A stretch of DNA of 64,000 nt. Origin: Candidatus Dormiibacterota bacterium. Lineage in GTDB: Bacteria > Chloroflexota > Dormibacteria > Aeolococcales > Bog-877. The DNA is taken from positions 962 through 64,961 of the forward strand of contig DAHUZI010000016.1 of NCBI GenBank assembly GCA_027306595.1, given 5' to 3'. Shown here piece after piece: positions 30,050-38,399 of the stretch. The notes under the pieces are model-generated. The model saw nothing but the letters and a program-made list of their open reading frames with translations. It ran no database searches and was not told the origin of the DNA. The position numbers and the translations under genes were made by a program. Within the stretch, counting starts at the first letter, position 1; every line of letters begins with the position of its first letter.

Positions 30050-31195
30050 TCATGACGCCGCCCCCGGCAGGGTCGCGGTGCTGGCCGCGGTGGTTCGCTG
30101 CGTCGGCGGTCCGCCCAGGGCAGCGCCGACCAGCTCGCCGCTCTCCTTCGCGTACAGGAGGGCGCGGGCGAGGGCGACGACCAGCCAGACCTCGGATCCG
30201 AGCGGCGGTGCCTCATCCTCGGCGACCACCGCCTGGAGGGGACCAGCGGCGCTCTCTAGGTCCACCAGGATGGAGGTGCCGAGGTGCTCGGTGATGACGA
30301 CCCGGCTCCGCACCCCGCCGGCCACCGGTCCGGGGCGGAGCGCGACGTATTCGGGGCGAGCGCCGAGGACGACCGGCTCGCCCTCGCGCACCGCATCGGC
30401 CGTGTTCGGGGGCAGCGGGACGGTATCGTCCCCGATCCGCAGCAGGCCCCCGACGACATGGGCGTCGATCAGGTTCATCGGGGTGTTGCCGATGAACGAG
30501 GCCACGAACAGGTTGGCGGGCCGATGGAAGACCTCGACAGGGCTCCCGATCTGCCGGATCGTGCCGCGATCCATCACCGCCATGCGATCGGCGACGGCCA
30601 GGGCCTCGGCTTGGTCGTGGGTGACATACACGGTGGTGGTGGTGAGGTCCGAGTGCAGGCGCTTGAGGAAGGTGCGGGCCTCCATCCGCAGGCGGGCGTC
30701 CAGGTTCGACAGCGGCTCGTCGAACAGGAACACGTGGGGGTGGCTTGCGACTGCGCGGGCCAGGGCCACGCGCTGCTGCTGCCCGCCGCTGAGCTGGGCG
30801 GGGCGGCGATCCATCATCCCCTCGAGACCGAGGTGGGCCCCGGTCTCGGCCGCCCGCTGACGTCGGGGGCCGCGACCCATCCGCTGGATCTTGAGCGGAT
30901 AAGCGATGTTGTCGGCCACATCCATGTGCGGGTAGAGGGCGTAGTCCTGGAAGACCATCGCCACCTTGCGGGCGCCCGGGGGCAGGCGCGTGACGTCGCG
31001 GTCGCCGATGGAGATGGTGCCATGGGTCGGTGCCTCCAGGCCTGCCAGGGTGCGCAGGAGGGTCGTCTTCCCGCATCCGGACGGACCCAGCAGGGCGAAG
31101 AAGGAGCCATCCGCGATCTGGAGGTCGACCTCCTGGAGGGCGCGTACTCCGTTGGGGAACACCTTGGTCAGCTTGGCAACGGTGATGCCCGCCAT
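30050..31195 (-). CDS. Carbohydrate ABC transporter ATP-binding subunit (MalK/UgpC-like)
   Basis: GPSGCGKT, LSGGQQQRVAL, DEPLSNLD, YVTHDQAEA and a TOBE C-terminus. Confidence 0.97.
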   Translation of the reverse strand: MAGITVAKLTKVFPNGVRALQEVDLQIADGSFFALLGPSGCGKTTLLRTLAGLEAPTHGTISIGDRDVTRLPPGARKVAMVFQDYALYPHMDVADNIAYPLKIQRMGRGPRRQRAAETGAHLGLEGMMDRRPAQLSGGQQQRVALARAVASHPHVFLFDEPLSNLDARLRMEARTFLKRLHSDLTTTTVYVTHDQAEALAVADRMAVMDRGTIRQIGSPVEVFHRPANLFVASFIGNTPMNLIDAHVVGGLLRIGDDTVPLPPNTADAVREGEPVVLGARPEYVALRPGPVAGGVRSRVVITEHLGTSILVDLESAAGPLQAVVAEDEAPPLGSEVWLVVALARALLYAKESGELVGAALGGPPTQRTTAASTATLPGAAS

Positions 31196-32070
31196 CAGCG
31201 CTTGAGCCCCCCGTAGAAGCGAAAGCCGTATCGGTTCTGAACGACGAGGTACATGATGACGACCGGAATCGTGTAGAGCAGGCCGAAGGTTGAGATCAGG
31301 CGCAGGTTTGCCGTGCCCCCCGCCGAGTAGAAGCTGTAGATCTCGACGGCGGCTGGCTGCTGGCTGGGATCCTGCAGGAGGATGAAGGGCGTGAGGAAGC
31401 TCCCCCAGACGGTGACGATGGTCCAGACCGCGATCACCGCCAATCCGGGTCGCACCAGGGGCAGAACGATGTGGCGCAGGATCTGGAACGGGCTGGCGCC
31501 GAACACCCGGGCGGACTCCTCGTAGCTGGCCGGGGTCGAGTCCATGAAATCCTTGAGGATGAAGATCGCGGCCGGCAGCAGCCCGCCGGCCAGGACCAGG
31601 GCCACCCCGGTCAGGGTGTTGATGATGTGGAGGTCATAGGCGAGCAGGAAGATCGGCACCATCGCCGCTGAGCCGGTGACCACCGAGGAGAACAGGAGCA
31701 GGATGTACAGGATGACGTCGCGTCCCGGCACCCGGGCGCGGCTGAGAGCGTAGGCGGCCAGCGCGGCCGAGGCGACCACGACGGCCATGGTGCCGAGCGC
31801 CAGCAGGATCGAGTTCAGCAGCGACCCCCGAACGGACGGGTTGTCGAACATGGCCTTGAAGTTCTGCAAGGTCGGATCGGTCAGGCCAGCCACCAGGGTC
31901 GGATGGGCTTCGAACGGCGCGAGCACCAGCCAGGCCATCGGCAGGGCGAAGAAGGCGGCGGTCAGGGCCAGGAAGCCGTAGAGCACAATCCGGCTCACCA
32001 GCGCCCGAACCAGCCAGCGCCGGTCCTCTGCCGCCGTGTCGACTGCCGACGTCGCCCCGGTGGCCGCCAT
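31195..32070 (-). CDS. Carbohydrate ABC transporter permease
   Basis: Six TM segments and EAA loop YEESARVFGAS. Confidence 0.95.
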   Translation of the reverse strand: MAATGATSAVDTAAEDRRWLVRALVSRIVLYGFLALTAAFFALPMAWLVLAPFEAHPTLVAGLTDPTLQNFKAMFDNPSVRGSLLNSILLALGTMAVVVASAALAAYALSRARVPGRDVILYILLLFSSVVTGSAAMVPIFLLAYDLHIINTLTGVALVLAGGLLPAAIFILKDFMDSTPASYEESARVFGASPFQILRHIVLPLVRPGLAVIAVWTIVTVWGSFLTPFILLQDPSQQPAAVEIYSFYSAGGTANLRLISTFGLLYTIPVVIMYLVVQNRYGFRFYGGLKR

Positions 32071-33020
32071 CAGCGTCGCTCCCTGAGGATCCGCATGTAG
32101 AAGAGTGCCACCACGAGGTTGATGACGAGCACCAATGTGGAGATCGCGGCGCCGTACCCCAGCGCCCCCTGCTGGAAGGCCTGCTGGTAGATGTACACCG
32201 GCAGGAACTGGGTCTGGTTGCCGGGACCGCCGCCGGTCAGGAGAAACGGCGTGAAGTCATTGAAGGTCCAAAGGCTGATCAGCAGCAGATTGGTCAAGAT
32301 GTGCCCGCGGGAGCGCGGAATCACGATGTCGCGCATCATCTGCCAGGTCGACGCTCCCGCCACCCTGGCGGTCTCCAGGTAGGAGGGCGGAATCGCCTGC
32401 AGCCCGGCCCCGAACAGCAGCATCGAGAATGCGGTTCCGCGCCAGATGTTGAAGACCACGATCGACAGCATTGGCAGCTCCAGCCACCAGTTGATCCCGA
32501 TCCCGCCCAGGATGGTGTTGAGGGTACCGGTCTCGACCAACGGTCCGATGTTGCCCTGGAGAAAGGCCAGCCAGAGGAATGCGACCACGGAGCCCGGAAC
32601 GATCCAGGCGACGATGATCAAGGACTCCAGCCCCCGCCGGATCGGGCCGCGCCAGTTGCGCAGGACCCAGGCCAACGTGAACCCGAGTACGCACTGGCCG
32701 ATTACCGCGGAGAACACCACGTAGATGAACGTGATGTAGAGGGAGTGGAGGAAATCGCCCCCGGTCAGCGCGTTGAGGTAGTTCTCGCCGCCGACGAAAC
32801 GGGAGTGGAGGGCCGCCGTTCCCAGGAGCCGGAAGTTGGTCAGACCGAGGTAGATGGTCCAGACCGCCGGGAAGGCAAGGAAGACGCCGATGAGGAGCAT
32901 CGACGGGGTGAGAAAGCCGATCGCCCACCTTCGGCTCAGCCCCGCGGCGACGGCTGTGCCCCCCGGCGAACCGGGGGGCACAGCCTGAACGACTTCAGGA
33001 GTTGGCGACGTGGGCTGCAC
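32070..33020 (-). CDS. Carbohydrate ABC transporter permease
   Basis: FVGGENY, YLETARVAGAS and FLLTGGGPG. Start uncertain. Confidence 0.93.
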   Translation of the reverse strand: MQPTSPTPEVVQAVPPGSPGGTAVAAGLSRRWAIGFLTPSMLLIGVFLAFPAVWTIYLGLTNFRLLGTAALHSRFVGGENYLNALTGGDFLHSLYITFIYVVFSAVIGQCVLGFTLAWVLRNWRGPIRRGLESLIIVAWIVPGSVVAFLWLAFLQGNIGPLVETGTLNTILGGIGINWWLELPMLSIVVFNIWRGTAFSMLLFGAGLQAIPPSYLETARVAGASTWQMMRDIVIPRSRGHILTNLLLISLWTFNDFTPFLLTGGGPGNQTQFLPVYIYQQAFQQGALGYGAAISTLVLVINLVVALFYMRILRERR

Positions 33021-34398
33021 CGACGATCTTGTCCAGCTGGCCCACATACGTGGCCAGGGCAGCGTGGACACTCATGCCGGTCGCAAGGTTCTGGGCGAGC
33101 TGCTGGATGAGAACCGACACCTGCGGGTACACCGCCAGCGAGGGCCGGTAAGCTGTGATCGGAAGGCACTGCTGGGCGATGAACGTGAGCATCGGGTGGT
33201 GCTGGAAGGCCACCTTGTTGACGATCGAGTTCGCCGAGATGAACTGCTTGAGCGGCTCGTACCGCAGCAGCGACGCGGTGGATTGCTCGTAGGTGAGGAA
33301 GCGCCACGCCAGCGCCGGGTGCTTGGTGTTGGGATTGAGGGTGGTGCCGCCGCCACCCGATAGGGTGACGAAGTCCTGACCGCGGAATCCCGCTCCCGGC
33401 TTCTGCGCCGGGATAAGGGTCCATGCCACGTTCTGGTTGCGGCCCGGCATCGGGTAGATGCCGGTGGAGTTGATCACCGATTCGTAGAGGTACTCGCTCT
33501 CAAGGTAGATCCCGACCTTGTTCTGGGAGAAGGCCTGGAATGTCTCGTTGCGCCCGTTGGGGCCAAGCTGGAGCTGCGAGTTGGCCAGACCGGTGGAGTA
33601 GATGGTGTGGTAGAACCCGGCCGCCGCCCGCATCGCCGCGGTGTTGCCCTGCCACTTGCCGGTGCTCTCGTTGTAGATGAGCTGCCCGGCTCCGGCGAGG
33701 ATCGGCAGGTAGCCCTGGAGCGTGGTCGCCTCGCCCATCTGCGCGCCGCCATCGATCTGGAGCGCCTCGATGCCGGGGTCCTTCTGCTGGAGGGTCTTGG
33801 CGGCTGCGATCACGTCCGCCCAGCTGGTGGGATGCCAGGGCATCTGGATCCCGGCATTGCGGAAGAGCTGGGTGTTGTAGAAGAGGACCCGGCCGTCGGT
33901 GCCGCCCGGGATCCCGTACTGCTGGCCCTGGAACTCGGTGATCGCCTGGACGGTCTGGGGGATGTTCTTCCAACCCGCCCACTTCAGGGCCTGAGGACCG
34001 ACGAGCTGATCGATCGGCTTGAGGTACCCCGCCTGGGCGAACTCCCCGTAGTAGGGCCCATCCAGGTCGAAGATGTCAGGACCGCCGCCGGCCTTGATGT
34101 CGAGGGCCAGGGCGTTGGCGTAGTCCTGGCCACTCACGCCGCTGCCGATCAGCTTGATGGTGACCGGCTGGCCCTTGGCGCGCATGCTCTTCTCGAAGCC
34201 GGGGATGACGTCCTTGGTCAGCCAGACGGCCTCGGCCGCGTTCTTGCCGTGGAGGACAGCGTTTATCTCGACCGTGAGCGTGACCGGCGCCGCCTCGGTC
34301 TTCCCCATGACCGTTGCGCCTGTACCTACGATCGAAGCCAGGAGCACAGTCGTCCCCAGGGCGGCCAGGCTCCGGCGCCGCGGTCGCAACTTCACCAT
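32995..34398 (-). CDS. Carbohydrate ABC transporter extracellular solute-binding protein (family 1)
   Basis: Signal peptide, GGGPDIF, YGIP, LFYNTQLF, PTSWAD, SGGGG and AWRFL. RBS GAGGAGGAG. Confidence 0.93.
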   Translation of the reverse strand: MVKLRPRRRSLAALGTTVLLASIVGTGATVMGKTEAAPVTLTVEINAVLHGKNAAEAVWLTKDVIPGFEKSMRAKGQPVTIKLIGSGVSGQDYANALALDIKAGGGPDIFDLDGPYYGEFAQAGYLKPIDQLVGPQALKWAGWKNIPQTVQAITEFQGQQYGIPGGTDGRVLFYNTQLFRNAGIQMPWHPTSWADVIAAAKTLQQKDPGIEALQIDGGAQMGEATTLQGYLPILAGAGQLIYNESTGKWQGNTAAMRAAAGFYHTIYSTGLANSQLQLGPNGRNETFQAFSQNKVGIYLESEYLYESVINSTGIYPMPGRNQNVAWTLIPAQKPGAGFRGQDFVTLSGGGGTTLNPNTKHPALAWRFLTYEQSTASLLRYEPLKQFISANSIVNKVAFQHHPMLTFIAQQCLPITAYRPSLAVYPQVSVLIQQLAQNLATGMSVHAALATYVGQLDKIVGAAHVANS

Positions 34399-34461
34399 AG
34401 CCCTACTCCTCCTCGCTTCGCGAGCGGCACCCCATCCCTCGCGGGATTCCTCTCGCCCTAT

Positions 34462-34475
34462 TGTCTTGACATCCT
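34462..34475. promoter_or_regulatory. Putative IolR (GntR) operator upstream of the ABC operon
   Basis: TGTCTTGACATCCT matches KGWCHTRACA, the consensus I recall for Corynebacterium IolR. It shares CTTGACATCCT with the site at 35341. Confidence 0.7.
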
Positions 34476-34536
34476 ATCAGTGAAAGGATGCCGGCGGGCG
34501 GTCGGCGCTCGCCCCCGGCCCCGCCGGTGCCGCGTC

Positions 34537-35289
34537 TCAGCGCACCACAAGCCGCATCTCGAACGTGTACCGGTCGGCGCGGTAGCAGTGCGAGCCATAC
34601 TCGATTGCGCGCCCAGATGCGTCGAACGCGGTCCGGTCCATCGTGAGCACGGTCAGCCCTCGGGGGCCGTCGAGCAGGCGGGCCTCGGCGGGCGTGGCGG
34701 CGCGGGCGCCGAGGGTCTGCTCGGCCACCTGCGGCTGGATCCCCGCGGACCGCAGGACCGCGTACAGGCCCCGGGCCTCGAGCCCGGGGGGCTCGAGCTC
34801 GACCAGGCCCGCCGGGAGGTAGTTGCGCATCAGGCTGAGCGGGACCCCGTCGGCGGATCGCAGCCGTTCGAGGAACTGGACGCCTGCGCCCCGGCTGAGC
34901 CCGAGGGCGTGGGCGACGACGCTGTCGGCGGGGATGGTGGTCACGGTCATCACCGTGGTGGTGGGCCGCCGACCGGCGGCCAGGAGATCGTCGTAGAGGC
35001 TGCTGAGCTGGAGCGGCCGGCGGATCCGCTGGGGGACGACCACGGTGCCGATGCCCCTGCGGCGGACCACGACCCCCTGCTCGATGAGGCGGTCGATCGC
35101 CTGACGGATCGTGGGCCGGCTGACGCCGATGCGCTCGGCGAGCTCCACCTCGCTCTCGAGGCGGGACCCGGCCGGCAGCGCGCCCCCATCGATGGCCGAG
35201 GTGAGCTGCTGGGCGATTTGGAAGTACAGCGGGACCGGACTGGTCCGGTCGATGCCGCTCCCGGGGGCCGAGGCGGGCACGGCGGTCAT
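34537..35289 (-). CDS. iolR: GntR/HutC (UTRA) family regulator, probable IolR
   Basis: IDRTSPVPLYFQIA, SEVELAERIGVSRPTIRQAI and a UTRA C-terminus; divergent from iolC. Confidence 0.88.
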   Translation of the reverse strand: MTAVPASAPGSGIDRTSPVPLYFQIAQQLTSAIDGGALPAGSRLESEVELAERIGVSRPTIRQAIDRLIEQGVVVRRRGIGTVVVPQRIRRPLQLSSLYDDLLAAGRRPTTTVMTVTTIPADSVVAHALGLSRGAGVQFLERLRSADGVPLSLMRNYLPAGLVELEPPGLEARGLYAVLRSAGIQPQVAEQTLGARAATPAEARLLDGPRGLTVLTMDRTAFDASGRAIEYGSHCYRADRYTFEMRLVVR

Positions 35290-35333
35290 CGAGGGCAGCG
35301 TAGCAGATCGCGAGCGATCGAGAAGCTGTCATC

Positions 35334-35371
35334 AGGATGACTTGACATCCTCATCTCGAGCCGCCTATCCT
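35334..35371 (+). promoter_or_regulatory. iol operon promoter with IolR operator over the -35 element
   Basis: Imperfect palindrome AGGATGACTTGACATCCT (35334-35351) contains TGACTTGACA. TTGACA(35342)-18 bp-TATCCT(35366). Confidence 0.75.
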
Positions 35372-35519
35372 CGGACGGACGGTCAGGCCGAGCTCGACCG
35401 GCCGCCCGCGGCGGCAGCTCCGTCAGGTGATCGCGCGAGAGGGGTGGGGCAGGCGGGCAATCGGGGGCCGGGCGGCGTTCCGCCCGTGCGGTGCGCGCCG
35501 CCGGGCGGGAGCGCGCCCC

Positions 35520-36557
35520 GTGAACCTCCAGGTGGATGCGACACGGGTCGGAGGACGCGCTACGGAAACGGACGGCGAGGGTGCGGCTGAGGGCGGCGCG
35601 TCGGAGGACGAACCGTTCGACGTCCTGACGACCGGGCGCGTCGGTGTGGACCTCTACCCCCTCCAGAGCGGCGTTGGCCTGGAGGACGTCACCACCTTCG
35701 GCAAGTTCCTGGGCGGCACCGCCACCAACGTCGCGGTCGCTGCGGCCCGGTTGGGGCGGCGAGCGGCGGTCATCACCCGCACCGGGGCGGATCCATTTGG
35801 TGTCTACGTCCACAAGGCGCTCCGTGCGCTCGGGGTCGACGATCGCTGGGTGAGCGCGGTGGCGGAGCTGCCCACGCCGGTCACCTTCTGCGAGCTCTTC
35901 CCCCCCGACCGCTTCCCGCTCTACTTCTATCGCACGCCCACCGCGCCGGATCTCCAGATCCGGCCTGACGACCTGGACCTCGCGGCGATCCGAGCCGCCC
36001 GGGTCTTCTGGGTCACGGCGACCGGCCTGTCCCAGGAGCCCAGCCGGTCGGCAGTCATGGCCGCGCTCGCAGCTCGGGGTCGACGCCGGCTCACCGTTCT
36101 CGACCTCGATCACCGTCCGCAATTCTGGCCTTCGATGGCGGATGCGCGGCGCGAGGTCACCGTAGCCTTGGAGCAGGTCACCGTGGCGGTCGGGAACGTC
36201 GAGGAGTGCGAGGTCGCGACCGGCACCCGCGACGCGCGGGCGGCCGCCGCCGCCCTGCTCGGGCGCGGGCTCGACCTGGCGGTGGTCAAGCGCGGGCCCG
36301 ATGGGGTCCTCGCGCGGGATCACGGGGCGGAGGTCTCCGTGCCGGCGGCCCCGATTGCGGTGGTGAACGGGCTCGGGGCCGGCGACGCCTTCGGCGGCGC
36401 CCTCTGCCACGGTCTCCTGGCGGAATGGCCGCTCGATCGGTGCCTGCGCTTTGCGAACACCGCCGGGGCGATCGTGGCCTCCCGGCTCGCCTGCGCCCAA
36501 GCTATGCCCACCGCGGAGGAGATCGACGCCGTGATGGGGGCCGGGCAGCGTGTCTGA
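35520..36557 (+). CDS. iolC: 5-dehydro-2-deoxygluconokinase
   Basis: DVLTTGRVGVDLYP, FGKFLGG, FPLYFYR, DLDHRPQFW and NGLGAGDAFGG (PfkB). Start uncertain. Confidence 0.93.
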   Translation: MNLQVDATRVGGRATETDGEGAAEGGASEDEPFDVLTTGRVGVDLYPLQSGVGLEDVTTFGKFLGGTATNVAVAAARLGRRAAVITRTGADPFGVYVHKALRALGVDDRWVSAVAELPTPVTFCELFPPDRFPLYFYRTPTAPDLQIRPDDLDLAAIRAARVFWVTATGLSQEPSRSAVMAALAARGRRRLTVLDLDHRPQFWPSMADARREVTVALEQVTVAVGNVEECEVATGTRDARAAAAALLGRGLDLAVVKRGPDGVLARDHGAEVSVPAAPIAVVNGLGAGDAFGGALCHGLLAEWPLDRCLRFANTAGAIVASRLACAQAMPTAEEIDAVMGAGQRV

Positions 36558-37482
36558 CGACCGGGCGCGCCGCATCGCCCAGCTGCGGCTGCGCCGGCCG
36601 GAGGCGATCCAGGAGGCCGCGCGCCGCCGCCGGCGGCTGGCCCGGCCGGACCGCCCCGATGCGGTGGTGATCGTCGCCGCCGACCACTCGGCCCGGGGGG
36701 TGTTCCGGGCCGGGGCCGACCCGCTGGCGATGGCCGACCGGGGCACTCTGCTGGATCGGGTCCTGGTGGCCCTGGAGCGCCCCGGGGTCGACGGCCTGCT
36801 GGCGACCGCCGACGTGATCGAGGACGTTCTCGCCGTCGGGATTCTGGAGGGGCGCCCGGTGCTCGACGACCGACTCGTGTTCGGGTCCATGAATCGGGGC
36901 GGGCTGACGGGCACGGTCTTCGAGATCGATGATCGCTTCACCGGCTTCTCCGCGGCGGGCGTCGCCGCCCTTGGGCTCGACGGCGGGAAGATGCTCCTCC
37001 GCATCGACCCCGACGACGCCGCGGCGGTCCGGACGTTGGAGACGTGCGGCCGGGCGGTGACGGAGCTCGCCGAACGTGAGCTGATCGCCCTTGTGGAGGT
37101 CTTTGTCTCCCATCGAACCCGGACCCGGGTGCGCAACGACCTCGCGCCGGAGTCAGTGATGCGCTCGATTGCCATCGCGTCGGGGCTTGGCTCGACCTCC
37201 GCCTACACCTGGCTCAAGGTGCCGGTGGTCGACCGCATGGAGGAGGTGATGCGGGCCACCCTGCTCCCGTCCCTGATCCTCGGGGGGGAGGTGAGCGGTG
37301 ACCCGGGGGAGGCCCTGGCGCGCTGGGGCGGGGCACTCCGCCTTCCCAATGTATGCGGGGTGGTGATGGGGCGCTCGATGCTCTATCCCGCCGATGGGGA
37401 TGTGGCCGGAGCGGTGGACCGGGTCGTTGAGGAGGTTCGCACCGCCCGGCCGCGGGCAGACGGCCGGGCGGTCATGGCGTGA
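36550..37482 (+). CDS. Actinobacterial iol-cluster DeoC/LacD-like aldolase (Cgl0159-like)
   Basis: AADHSARG, GSMNRGGL, FEIDDRFTG, GGKMLLRID and GLGSTSAYTWLK. Confidence 0.88.
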   Translation: MSDDRARRIAQLRLRRPEAIQEAARRRRRLARPDRPDAVVIVAADHSARGVFRAGADPLAMADRGTLLDRVLVALERPGVDGLLATADVIEDVLAVGILEGRPVLDDRLVFGSMNRGGLTGTVFEIDDRFTGFSAAGVAALGLDGGKMLLRIDPDDAAAVRTLETCGRAVTELAERELIALVEVFVSHRTRTRVRNDLAPESVMRSIAIASGLGSTSAYTWLKVPVVDRMEEVMRATLLPSLILGGEVSGDPGEALARWGGALRLPNVCGVVMGRSMLYPADGDVAGAVDRVVEEVRTARPRADGRAVMA

Positions 37483-38399
37483 CCCACCCCCTGCACCTCG
37501 CGCGGCCGCCGGGCGGGCCGACCCCGGCCGTAACCCCATCGGTCGCGGGCTGGACCTACTGCGGCCTTCGCATCGTCGAGCTCACGCCCGGAGGCTCCCT
37601 CGAGCTGACCACCGGGTCGTGCGAGCTGGTGATCCTCCCGCTGGCCGGAGCCTGCCGAGTCGGCTGCGACGGTCGCGAGTTCGAGCTGGCCGGACGACCC
37701 GACGTGTTCTCTCGGGTGACCGACTTCGCGTACGTGCCGCGCGACGCGACGGTCCGAATCGAGAGCGCTGGCGGCGGGCGCTTCGCGCTCCCCAGCGCCG
37801 AGGCCCGCACCCGCCGTGAACCCGTCCATCGACCCGCGGAGTCGGTCGCCGTCGAGGTTCGTGGTCGGGGGGCGGCCACCCGTCAGGTGAACAACTTCCT
37901 CGATCCCAGTGTGCCGATCGCCGATCGGCTCATCGCCGTTGAGGTGCTGACCCCCGAGGGCAGCTGGTCGAGCTACCCACCCCACAAGCACGACACGCCG
38001 GGCCCGGGCGAGGCGAGGCTCGAGGAGATCTACTACTTCGAGATCGCGCGCCGCGCTCCGGCCGGCCACCGCCGCGTCGGCGAGGGGTTCGCCCTCCAGC
38101 GCCTCTACACCGCCGACCGCTCAATTGACCTGTGCGCCGCGGTTGCCCACGGCGACGTCGTCCTCATCCCCCGCGGCTACCACGGGCCGTCAGTGGCGCC
38201 CCCCGGCTATGACCTCTACTACCTCAACGTCCTGGCCGGACCGGCCGCGGACCGGACGATGGCCTTCTGCGACGATCCCGCCCATGCGTGGGTGCGAGGT
38301 GCCTGGAGCGGTCAGCGTGCCGATGCCCGCCTCCCGATGACGTCCGCCGCCGGCGCCGTGGTGATTGCCCCCGACGGATCCGGTCCGGGGACGGCGTGA
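37479..38399 (+). CDS. iolB: 5-deoxy-glucuronate isomerase
   Basis: EVLTPEGSWSSYPPHKHD, LEEIYYF, PRGYHGP and YYLNVLAGP. Confidence 0.97.
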   Translation: MTHPLHLARPPGGPTPAVTPSVAGWTYCGLRIVELTPGGSLELTTGSCELVILPLAGACRVGCDGREFELAGRPDVFSRVTDFAYVPRDATVRIESAGGGRFALPSAEARTRREPVHRPAESVAVEVRGRGAATRQVNNFLDPSVPIADRLIAVEVLTPEGSWSSYPPHKHDTPGPGEARLEEIYYFEIARRAPAGHRRVGEGFALQRLYTADRSIDLCAAVAHGDVVLIPRGYHGPSVAPPGYDLYYLNVLAGPAADRTMAFCDDPAHAWVRGAWSGQRADARLPMTSAAGAVVIAPDGSGPGTA

